Shown in pieces: positions 26,782-37,804 of a stretch of 64,000 nucleotides of DNA. The notes under the pieces are model-generated. The model made no database searches. It was not told the DNA's origin and was given only the letters and a program-made list of their open reading frames with translations. Made by a program: the position numbers and the translations under genes. Position 1 is the first letter of the stretch, and each line of letters starts with the position of its first letter. Source of the stretch: Octopus sinensis (taxonomy: Eukaryota); the NCBI RefSeq assembly GCF_006345805.1, contig NC_043017.1, positions 1,736,001-1,800,000 on the forward strand, given 5' to 3'.

Positions 26782-26867
26782 ATTTTCCTGAAGAGAAAGC
26801 TGCATAATGGACTCCTTATTCATTCGGAATTAGGGATTTTGCAGACTTCGAAACATATGTCGAAAAT
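26782..26867 (+). ncRNA. Type I hammerhead ribozyme in the Penelope pseudo-LTR region
   Basis: attttc-CTGAAGA-G aaagctgca...tgcagactt C-GAAA-C atat GTC-gaaaat: complete core, 6-bp stem I, extended stem II and palindromic short stem III. Confidence 0.8.
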
Positions 26868-26944
26868 AAAATAAAGGAATTTTGTTAAATCATCGTTCAG
26901 CTCCATTCTTTCCTATACTTAATATATATATATATAAACCAGCA

Positions 26945-27805
26945 GAGATACTCGGAGTTATAGCAAGGCCATGTAGGGCGACATGGAGTTAAGTACAGGG
27001 TGGTGTTCATGTAAAGAGTTCAGGCCACTTGAGGTCAAGGGAGGCTTTGATCAAAGCGGTCGTCGGCATCTTCACCATCTCGTCTGGCAGCTTGTTCCAC
27101 GGATCCGCAACCCGGACGGAGAAAGTTCCTCTCCTTCGATTGAGATGAAATCATCGCAGGTAGAGCTTTTCGGATGACCCCGCAGCCGACGCTCTGGAGC
27201 AGGAGTGAAGAACAGCTCTTTCGAGGTTACACTTTCCGCTTATGATGTTGTGGGCGAGAATGAGATCACCACGGCGGCGGCGTTTTTCAAGAGAATAAAG
27301 GTCGAGCGTCCTCAGCCTTTCTTCGTAGGACAATTTTTGAGACCATGAACCATGCGGTTAGCCAGCTTCTGGACTCTTTCGAGATGCTGTATGTCTTTGA
27401 GGAGATAAGGAGAAGAGGCTTGAATCCCTACTCCAATATGGGTCTCACCAGCGTGACATAGAGTGGTAGGAATATGGCTGCTGTGAGCATTCCGAATGAC
27501 CGTCGAATCAAGAACAGAATTCCGCGTACTTTGTTGGCAGCATGGACGCACTGGGCCGAAGGCGAAAAGGAGGAATCCCCCAAGATACCAAGGTCCTTTA
27601 CCTGATCGGTCCTCTCCAGCAGCAGACGACCCGGCTCGAAATCAAGTTGAGTTGCAGGAGGAGAGCCAACAGGCAGATGACAGCACTTTGACACGTTCAG
27701 ACACAGGTCCCATTCGTTAGATCACTTCCAAATTTGGTGGAGGCATCGACGAAGATCCTCTATATCACCGCGAGGAGCGACCAGTTTGATATCGTCGGCA
27801 AATAG
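26945..27805 (-). mobile_element. CR1/L2-like LINE 3' fragment (RT C-terminus)
   Basis: LFADDIKL...KCCHL...VKDLGI...LVRPILE...LERVQK...SYEERLRTLDLYSLEKRRRRGDLI...WNKLP, with frameshifts. Confidence 0.9.
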
Positions 27806-28558
27806 TGGTTGAGAGGAGAAAATAAACCCTCGGTCCGACTTTCTATTACATACTTCGGCACGTCTTTGGATTGGGGACCGTTTTCTAGTTTACAGTAACC
27901 ATAACAATACATACATACATACATACATACATACATTCGTATGTATATATGTATGTTTGGGGGGGGGTACATGTGCGTGTGTGACCGACCATTACTTGAT
28001 TTCAAGTAAAATCACTATATTTTATCCGATTTCTTTCGCACTCGGCAAATTCATCATTTACGCTTCAAAGATTTCTCTTTTACGAAGTGATACGAAGAAA
28101 TGTGGTCTGTACTTTGGGGATTAACGGTAAGGAATTGATTGTCTCCCTTACACTGTAAGTAACAGTCAAATGCTGATTGTCTCCCTTACACACCAAGCAT
28201 CAATGCTGTTCGTTCTTCTTTCTCATACGTGACTTTCATTGATAAAAACGCTTTCATGCGGTTGTGTCGGGTACTACGAGAAAAATAAGTATATAATACA
28301 ATACGCTTCAACTAAGATATAGGATTCCTAAAGTCTACTGCAATTCCTAATGTCTACGAATGTCTACTGCATAGTACAGGTGCGATTGCTATTATTTACA
28401 CACACACACACACACATATATATGGCGGGAGAGCGAGAGCGAGAGAGAGGGAGAGAGAGAGGTGGGGAAGAGACAGGCTGAAAGACAAATATGTAGATAA
28501 GTATATGTTTATATATGTATATATACATAAGTGAATAAATATGTTATATATATAATAT

Positions 28559-28591
<33 letters not shown>

Positions 28592-28746
28592 GTATATATT
28601 ATATATATATATAATATATATATATTATATATATATATTATATAAATTATCTTGTATATATATATATTGGTAAAACGGTAAGATAACAAAAGAAACCAAA
28701 ATACCTCAATATTATGTAAATAGAGGAAAGTTATCTATTATAAATT

Positions 28747-28790
<44 letters not shown>

Positions 28791-28816
28791 GTTTGTGTGT
28801 GTTGTGTATATATATA

Positions 28817-28864
<48 letters not shown>

Positions 28865-28892
28865 TTATATATATATACTTATACATATAATA

Positions 28893-28973
<81 letters not shown>

Positions 28974-29900
28974 TATACATATATATATATATACATATAC
29001 ATATATATATAACCACTGGGCCATTGCGCCTGCACATATTCGCTTATTACTGTCCTTATTATCCCTTATATCCATGGTCCTGAATTGTTTCGTTACACAT
29101 CTGTGACCTCTTCAGTATCCTTTCCATCCATGTATAGCCTCCTGTTCCACATAGTCCAGTCTGTCCTTCTATGACCTGGATCCTTATCTGTACATGCGTT
29201 TGCATCTAGATGTGTGTGTATGTGTAAATATGCTTGTATGCGTGTGTGTTCGTTCATCACTCTGTGTGTTCTACATGTGTGCTCGCGTGTGTATGGGCAT
29301 AGGTTTAAGCTCTACACAATATCCGTGCCCTTTATATTGTTATTATTGGAGAAAAATACACTATAGCGGGCAAACCGATAGACATGCGCAGATAAGGATA
29401 TACACCATAGGAGAACAGAATGGATTAAATGGAGAAGGAGCATACACGGGGACGGAAAGTGTCACTGAAGAGGTCACAGATGTGTGATGAAAGATTTCCG
29501 GACATTTGTCATAGGAAGAACAGTAATATATACAGAGAGAGCGCGGAGAGAGAGAGAGAGAAAGAGAGATACAGATTTTACGTAAACAAAATGTTGGAAA
29601 TAAACACGTGATCTAAGGTATAATGCGGATAAAAGCAAAAAGATTTTTAAATCGTTTTTTCTTTTACTTTTTATGCTCATTATATTTTCTCAGCAATTTA
29701 AACAATAAGGACCTAAGAAAACGACTTAAGATTAAAAAAAAAAGTACTAGTTGCGTATTGGGTCGATCTAATCGACTGACCCCGTCCCCGAAAATTTCGG
29801 GCTTCGTGCCTAGAGCAGAAAAGAAAGTATATTATAGAAGGCTTCCATATGAGTGAATGTGTGTGAGTGTACGTGTACAAGTGTATATATTTATACATAC

Positions 29901-29973
29901 CGGCTTGTATCTGGTGAAAACCTGTGATCAAAACGAGAAGGCATATAGTTACGAGTGAACCACTTCCTTTCAT
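29901..29973 (-). CDS. Signal-peptide exon, gene A (MKGSGSLVTICLLVLITGFHQIQA + phase-1 intron)
   Basis: aaatcaccATG context, hydrophobic core ending IQA, consensus donor CCG|GTATGT at 29900, and a TATA box ~110 nt upstream. Confidence 0.75.
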
Positions 29974-30016
29974 GGTGATTTCCTTACTGTCTTTTCTTGT
30001 ATCAGAAATTTCACAG

Positions 30017-30204
30017 TGACTCAATGTTGCGGGTTCTTTTCCAATTCGTGAATCCCGACCTCGGTGTCTCTCGTTCTTTATATACCCATTGACTCACGTT
30101 GTAGTTGTGTATATTACGCATGCAAAATATATTATGCATGCATAATATATTGTGCACGCATAATATATTGTGCACGCATAATATATTGTGCATACATAAT
30201 ATAT
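30017..30204 (-). promoter_or_regulatory. Putative promoter of gene A
   Basis: TATATAAAG at 30076-30084, TGA(C/G)TCA AP-1-type sites at 30017-30023 and 30090-30096, and an 18-bp near-palindromic tandem array at ~30113-30204. Confidence 0.55.
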
Positions 30205-30629
30205 ATCTATGTGCGCATATTTGCGGGGAGACGTGTATTTCCTATATAAATAGAGACAGTAAATAATATATATCCAGAGAGAGAAAGAGGGAGAGAGGAG
30301 AAACAGATTTTACATAAACAAAATGTTGGGAATATACACGTGATCTAAGCTATAATGCGGATAAAAACAAAAAGGTTTCCTTTTACCTTCAATGCTTATT
30401 ATAATTTCTAATCAGTTGAAACAATAACCACCTTAAGAAAAAAAAATATATCAACGCCCATGGCGAACGTGACAATTTATTTGTATAACCTGTTTCGTTA
30501 CTTATTTTGACGAAATAACATTTGATACGTTTCTGATTTCCCATCGAAGCACAAAGGATTAAATAGTTAAGGAAACAACTAAAGCGATGTTAGAGCTTGA
30601 ATTTTACAAAGCACAAAAGTTAGCACCCC

Positions 30630-31165
30630 GGGCGAAATACCTAGCGATATTTCATCTGCCGCTACGTTCTGAGTTCAAATTCCGCCGAGGTTGACTTTGC
30701 CTTTCATCATTTTGGGGTCGATTAAATAAGTACCAGTCACGCACTGGGGTCGATGTAATCGACTTAATCCGTTTCTCTATCCTTGTTTGTCCCCTCTGTG
30801 TTTATCCATTGTGAGTAGTAAAGAAATAAGTATTTCGTCTGCCGTTACATTCTGAGTTCAAATTCCGCCGAGGTCGACCTTACCGTTCATCCTTTCGGGG
30901 TCGATTAAATAAGTACCAGTTACGCACTGGGGTTGATACAATCGACTTAGTCCGTTTCTCTATCCTTGTTTGTCCCTTTTGTGTTTAGCTCCTTGTGGGT
31001 AGTAAAGAAATAGGTATTTCGTCTGCCTTTACGTTCTGAGTTGAATTCCGCCGAGGTCGACTTTGCCTTTCATCCTTTTGGGACCGATAAACTAAGTACA
31101 AGCTACGTACTGAGGTCGATCTAATCGACTGGACCCTCCCCCAAAATTGCGGGCCTTGTTCCTAG
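30630..31165 (+). mobile_element. Tandem array (~182-bp unit, ~3 copies) of a Nin/Deu-domain SINE fragment
   Basis: tttc.tctgcc..tac.ttctgagtt.aattccgccgagg begins at ~30650, ~30833 and ~31017. Confidence 0.85.
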
Positions 31166-31486
31166 AGAAAAAAAGAGTTTGAATATTACCGTATTTTATA
31201 GTTAGTAAGAAGAATAAAATCTAGATACAAAAGAAGCTGGACTTGAACCAGTCAGCATTTGATTCAATTATCAACTACAATTTTGACAAATCTAAGCATA
31301 CAGATGTGGCTTTCTATTTTAAAGAATAAAACATAATTAGCGTTTCATTTTGATTTCCTGTGTTGACACAGACCTAAAATTCAAGTTGTAGAAAACGCAA
31401 TGGTGTATATATAGTGGATGACAAGTACAACACGCGGATGACCATCACTTCGCTAGTTGCGTGTGCAAGTGTATGAGTTTTTATAT

Positions 31487-31612
<126 letters not shown>

Positions 31613-31639
31613 ATATATAGTGTGTGAATTTACAAAAAA

Positions 31640-31800
31640 AGGCGGAGACAGTCGTGTAAACAACAAATAGATGTATTAGTTAACGTTCGGGGCGTGAGAA
31701 AGTCTTTTACGTTTCGAGCATACGCTCTTCGTCGGAAAGGAGCACAGAAATAAACAAGGGGAGGAAAGAGAAAAAGGTATAGTGGCTAGCGATCTATCAT
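31640..31800 (-). mobile_element. Short Penelope-associated repeat with hammerhead-like motif
   Basis: Minus strand: cttt-CCGACGA-a-gagc gtat gctc-GAAAC GT A-aaag at ~31704-31739; homologous to 13090-13290. Confidence 0.6.
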
Positions 31801-31817
31801 ATATATATGTATGTATG

Positions 31818-31848
<31 letters not shown>

Positions 31849-32479
31849 TTGTATGTGTGTGTGTAGGTGTGTGTGTAGGTATATATACTAGCAGTAAAGC
31901 CCGTAGTTGATCAGGTAATTGCTTTTACTGTTTATCGGGAGCCGCATTGAAGGTATTAATATATATATATATAATTTACTCCCCCTGTATGTGTGTATTT
32001 TTAGAAGAGAAAAGCCATCTAATAATTAAAAGTAGAGGAAAGATCAATATCGTACATGAACTTGTGCTTGTTTATGATATGACAATAATGAGTTATATGT
32101 GTCATTTTATTTATCTAAAAAGTAATGACAATGATATAATTTTATAAGAGAAAAATATGTAATAACAGAAATAGAAAAGATAACTGAAATAGAAAAGACT
32201 TTGGTTGGCCCGAGGCTATAGTAGAAGACACTTACACAAAGTGCCACGCAAAGGGAACGAACGCGGAACCATGTGGTTGGTGAGCATGCTACTTTCCACA
32301 CAGCCACTCCTACGCCTATGCTTAGTTTTGTCAAATAAAAAAAATTACTATACGCTTGTTTCCTCTCCTCCTATCATAAAAAAATTGACAAATATTAACA
32401 CAAAGCCATTTTTAACATTGAATACATTGTTTTATTTTTCTTCTTCTTCTCTCTCTCTTAATACAGCACAGACATTTAA

Positions 32480-33130
32480 ATTGATAGTTTTTTTTCTAAG
32501 GAGGTGGGCAGTAGTTGACAGGACAATCTTTTGGATTTCTCTGAGAGATGGTTTTCCTGGGAACTTATCTTGATGTTTCTGACTTCTCTTTTTTAACATA
32601 CCGAGGGCACCCGCAGCATCTATTGCCAGGTCCTTATATTTACTTAATTTGACAAATTCCTTTACGGATATATTTTTATCAGTGGGAATACTTACATCTG
32701 TTAGTCTACAAGTGTTTTCTTCCCTGTCTTAAATATTTATGTCTGGTCGATTAGCCTGGATCGTTCTGTCAGTGTTGACTGAAAAATCCAAGCGCATAAT
32801 GCTATTTTTACTTTCAACAACTTGCTCCAAAGTGATGTTTATACCAGTAAGCAGGAGTGCAGATTTTGTAGTGTTTACATATTTTCCAATGTAAATACTG
32901 TCCTACCATATCGTGGGTTCTTTTTTTGTATTCGTCTGGTGTCAGCACAGGATATCCCGAGACGAGATGGTGTATTGTTTCGTCAAATGTGTCACATAAT
33001 CCTCATTTACGATCAGAACCGTTTTGAAGAAGGTTAACCTGGTAGTTTTTGTAAGCAAGCTTTGATCTTGAGCCGCCAAAATGAAACCATCAGTCTTTGA
33101 TTTGACCCCTGAACTTCTCGTCTACTGATG
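32480..33130 (-). mobile_element. R4/Dong-clade LINE 3' fragment (CCHC + restriction-like endonuclease)
   Basis: FILAAQDQSLLTKNYQ...ETIHHLVSG; DFSVNTDRTIQANRPDI...DVSIP...KYKDL...EIQKIVL.TTAHLLRK. Confidence 0.85.
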
Positions 33131-33132
33131 GA

Positions 33133-34330
33133 TTGTTACTCAGTCCATATCACCATTTCATCTCCAAATTATTAAACGGTGGCATAGCCATGTTGAATAC
33201 ACGTCTCCTAAACTATAGTAATGGAATGAACCAATCTAACAGCATCAACATCAAACAAGGCATCTTTCAAGGTGATTCCCTCGAAAACGAACTGAGTAAC
33301 ACCAGGGATGGGTTCAAAGTGTATAATATTATAGTAAACGATGTGTTTTATATGGATGATCTGAAGCTGTTTTCAAGAAATGGCGAAGAACTAGTAGGGC
33401 TGTTAACAACAGTTAAAGAGTTCGGCAATGACATCGGGTTCGATTTTGTCCTTGATCAGCGTTCTACAGCAACCTTTATAAGTGGCAAGTTCAAGCAAAC
33501 AACTTCAATTAAATAAGATAGCGACACTACCATCAAGGAATTTAACGCACAAGAAAGCTATAATTACTCGGGGATAAACGAAGATGATCCACAACATGAT
33601 GCATTGAAAGAAGAAGATATTACAGGAGAGTAAGACTCATACTAAAAACTGAAGTCAACTCTGAAAATCGCATCGAAGGCATTAACACCCTGGCACTTCC
33701 AGTAGTTCGATACAGTTTTAATGTCATTAACTGTAGTGTCACAGAGTTGCAACGCCTGGAGAGAAAGACAAGAAAACTACTAACATCTAAGAACATGCAC
33801 CACTGAAAAGTAGACGTTGATCGTCTGTACCTACCTAGAAGTAATGAGGGACGTGGAAGGATGCAGGTAGGACAGTGCTATAAGACCTCCACAGTAACAA
33901 TGAACAATTGCATATCTGGTACAAAGGACTGGTTGCTGTGGTTTGTGTGCAAACACGAAAGCAAAAGAATCGTATTCTATCGTCAAGGAAGCTTGCAAAT
34001 TCGCCTGTGAACTCGGTATTGGCCCTGAATTAGATGAAGAACCTGAAACCACTTTCATCAAACAAGCAAAACGGATCAAACTGTCTGAAAAAAAGAACGG
34101 GAAAAAACAAATTGAGGTGCGGTAGAGCCAGAAGCTTCTGCATGGACAGTATATACTTCCAGGCCGAACTGCTGAGTTAGACCAAGCAACGACCCATCAG
34201 TGGCTGAGAAGCGCTCAGGACTGAAAGCAGGGAATGAAGTTTTCATATTGGCAGCACAAGATCAAAGCTTGCTTACAAAAACCTCCCACGAAATGCACAT
34301 TCTGCAATACAGTTTACGAAACAACAGACC
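33133..34330 (+). mobile_element. R4/Dong-clade LINE fragment (reverse transcriptase), decayed
   Basis: GIFQGDSL and FYMDDLKLF motifs, then a frameshifted INTLALPVV..RKTRKLLT..RLYLPRS segment and AAQDQSLLTK. Confidence 0.88.
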
Positions 34331-34617
34331 ATCTCGAAAAGGAACTGAAAATTATTTAAGAAGGATCCCTGGGTGACCATGCATGCAAAAGATTGACTTC
34401 ACAGGCACGTGACACGTACTAAAAAGAGCATTGTTGCTGTGAATGTTTTTTTTTCCTTTTGCCCCTTTATTTTCATGGTTTACAATTTTATTTTTTGTTT
34501 TCTTTATTTTCTCTGTCTTTTCCCCCTTTTTCTCTGTCACATGACTTTGTAGATGAACAACATGGTGTGTTTATTTTAATGGCCTAGCAATGTATACAAT
34601 GCGTTTCTTTGCCCCAG

Positions 34618-34730
34618 GTATTTGGAAAACACCCCTATAGGGTCCAGGCTCCAAACTTTTCGTTAGTGGTGAATCGATTTCGTTTCCCCCTGTACTCAAA
34701 TGATATTTTATTGTATGGACCACGGAATTG
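34618..34730 (+). CDS. Candidate internal exon of an unidentified gene (VFGKHPYRVQ...LYGPRN)
   Basis: Acceptor tttctttgccccag|, open phase 0 to 2, donor TTG|GTAAAA. Phase fits the exon at 35130. Confidence 0.3.
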
Positions 34731-35129
34731 GTAAAATGGATGTCATAGGAGTCCTGGGTGTAATCCCGGGAAATGTCAGTAATCGTTTTATGCACCCTGG
34801 TAGGGATTCTGATAGCTAGCTGCCTTACCAACAACTATATACATAATACACACATAATATACTTCACATAATGCGCTCCACACATGACACTCTACACGCA
34901 CATCACGCTCTACACTTAACATTCTATACGTCACGCACAAAATACACAAAATACACAACAAACAATATACATATACCAATCCACACATAATATCCTTCGT
35001 GCATAACACGCACCGCACACAACTAAAAGCCACACTAAATAATTTTTATTTAACTTTTATATTTGATATAACCATTGCTCTTTCTTGAAAACATGACTGT
35101 CTCATTTATTCTCTTGTCTTTCTTTTTAG

Positions 35130-35229
35130 GGCTCGATGCGCTTGCTTTGCAAGATTTTTCTGGAGAGGACATGACGTAACGCCCCTATGCAACCTACCTT
35201 TTAAATATATGTATTATAGAGGAAAATAA
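35130..35229 (+). CDS. Candidate exon (W-ARCACFARFFWRGHDVTPLCNLPFKYMYYRGK*)
   Basis: Strong acceptor tcttgtctttctttttag|; open in phase 2. Confidence 0.28.
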
Positions 35230-35982
35230 ATAATCATCATGAATTTGTTAAATGGGGAATTCATTCTCCTTATTCTTCTTATTCTTTTAATGATTTTTCA
35301 AACCTTTTATCACAATTTCTTTTACATGTCGCTTATTGTCAAATTTCGAGGAAAACTACGTTTAAACAGCAACTGTTGTATTAACTAAAAGAACATTAAA
35401 GTTATGAGTATTCTAAAATACGTTTGTCTCTTCTTTTCGTTAGAGTAAACGTGTCATAGTCTTTAATGAAATCAATGCTGTCGTTACTGTTGAAATAAAA
35501 TAAGTTAATGGTGAATTTATGTGAGATACTTGAGAGAGGGTAAGAATATGGCAACAATACGGTATTAAGAATATCAAATAAATTATGCAGTAGGCGCATT
35601 TAAATGTGTAGTCCATGGTGTATCATGTCTAAAACGCGCATGAATTAGGTCGTACTAGAGAAAATGCATGTGAATGTCAACTTAGATAAAATCGTCCTAA
35701 ATCTACTGTTTCGAAAAAATATTACCTAATTTTTGTCCAACAAACACTGCGGCAGAGAGAAGCCTTTAATATTGAATTCCTAAATAGGCTATGTGTAAAG
35801 AATATTCTAGATGATGTACTCCAAGATACACCTCTACCGAAACGCGTTAGAACATGTAGCACTTGATAAAATGTCAACAGATAATACCTCATATAACGTA
35901 GTCCCCAATACACTGTGCATGGAGGGGGCATTATTTTGTGTAGACTTTAACGAATGTAACTGGAAATCATCATATAATTAAA

Positions 35983-36030
35983 CTAGCACTATGACCCAGC
36001 GTTCCCGGGTCTAGTACTAGTCAAGCATAT
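35983..36030 (-). mobile_element. Helitron-like 3' terminus
   Basis: Minus strand shows hairpin gaccc-gggaacgct-gggtc shortly before CTAG|T; the element extends to higher coordinates. Confidence 0.55.
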
Positions 36031-36359
36031 TTGGTCTTTCATGAAAATCTCGCTCTCTTGTCATTCACTTGGTCTAACTCGTTAATTATTCCCTGCATTT
36101 CTCAAATCAAAAAATCGTGCGCGTTTGAAAGCCAAAACACATGATAACGCGTCTTCGCAAAACACAAAAATGTGCTGAGTCATACAGACCGCCTGCAAAT
36201 GTGCACGCGCATTCAACTGTCCAATCAAAAACCAGTTGGAAGTCTATTGGCGTATCAAGCTGTATGCACACACCACGCACAAATTACTATGTTTTATCGA
36301 TTTTGAATGGATATGTCCATAACATAACGATTGACATGGTAACGAAGCTAAAGTATGCA

Positions 36360-37511
36360 GAGTAAAACCGCTCGGCACACCTTTACCTTAAACTTAGGTG
36401 TGCACACGTACTAATGTTTAATGTTCTAGTTCACATTCGGTGCTTACAGAAGTACTTGGAATTAATGCGTGTAGCGCGTGATCGCCGAATTGAACATGAC
36501 AGAGAAATTTGAGCAGAGAATGTGCATAAAATGTTACCAAAAGCTTGGTGATACCAGTCCAGAAGCCTACGCAAAGTTCCAAGTTCCAGAAAGAGTTTAG
36601 AGAGGCAGACATGCATGAGTTGCACAAAAGTGTACAAATGGTTCAGACGTTTCCAAGATGGCTGAAATTGTGTCGATAACGACGAACGTTCTGGAAGGTC
36701 AGAAACCAGTAAAACTGAGAAAAACATCGCGGATGTGCGTGCAGCTGTGAAAGGACATTTTCGAATCACCATCTGTGAGTTATCAGAGGACGAGCAGAAT
36801 AGATACGGCTCAGTTCAGTCTATTTTCACTGAAAATTTGGGTATGAGACGCGTGTCTGCCAAGTTTGAGCCAAAACTGCTTTCCGCTGACGAAAAACACT
36901 CGGGTTTTAGTTGCATAAAAACTCCTTGATTGTCTCATGAACGATGAAAACGTTTTGAAAATTGTCATAATGGGTGATAAATCTTGTGTGTATGGCTATG
37001 ACTCCGAAACAATGGCTCCGTCTTTGTAGTGATAAACATTCAATTTCTCCGAGACAATGTGAAAACATTGTTGACAGTTTTCTTCGACAACAATACAAGC
37101 GGATTGTTCATCATGAATATGCTCCATTTGGTCAGAGAGTAAAGAAGGGGTACTACGGCAACGTTCTGCTGCGTTTCCAGGCTGCTATTATTAGGAAAAT
37201 GTCACACTTGGATGCATTCGGATTGTAGCATTTGCACCATGACAACGCACCTGCCTATTCAGCGCAAGTTGTGAAGCGGTTTTTGGCTAGGCACAGCATT
37301 CCACACGTCCAACGGCCATGGTGTTCCCAGATGTCGCCCCTTGCGATTTATTCCTCTTTCCAAAAGTCAAATCGTGCTTGAAAGGATGAAGATTTCAGGA
37401 CAGAGAACCAAAGTGAATGCAATGAGGCTGTTTATCCCAGAAAACGAGTTCCATGAATGTTTTCATCAATACAAACAGCGCTTGATAACACGTGTGTCTT
37501 CTGAAGGAGAC

Positions 37512-37512
<1 letters not shown>
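36360..37512 (+). mobile_element. mariner-family transposon, decayed transposase
   Basis: MTEKFEQRMCIK...KLGDT; KWFRRFQDG; GMRRVSAKFEPKLL; HHEYAP.GQRV; HHDNAP; D+(A)PCDLFLFPK. Multiple frameshifts; 3' end lost in (TA)n. Confidence 0.9.
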
Positions 37513-37544
<32 letters not shown>

Positions 37545-37554
37545 TAATATATAT

Positions 37555-37636
<82 letters not shown>

Positions 37637-37705
37637 ATATATATATATATAATATATATATATATTATATATATATATATAAATACATATATACATATAT
37701 ATAAT

Positions 37706-37804
<99 letters not shown>

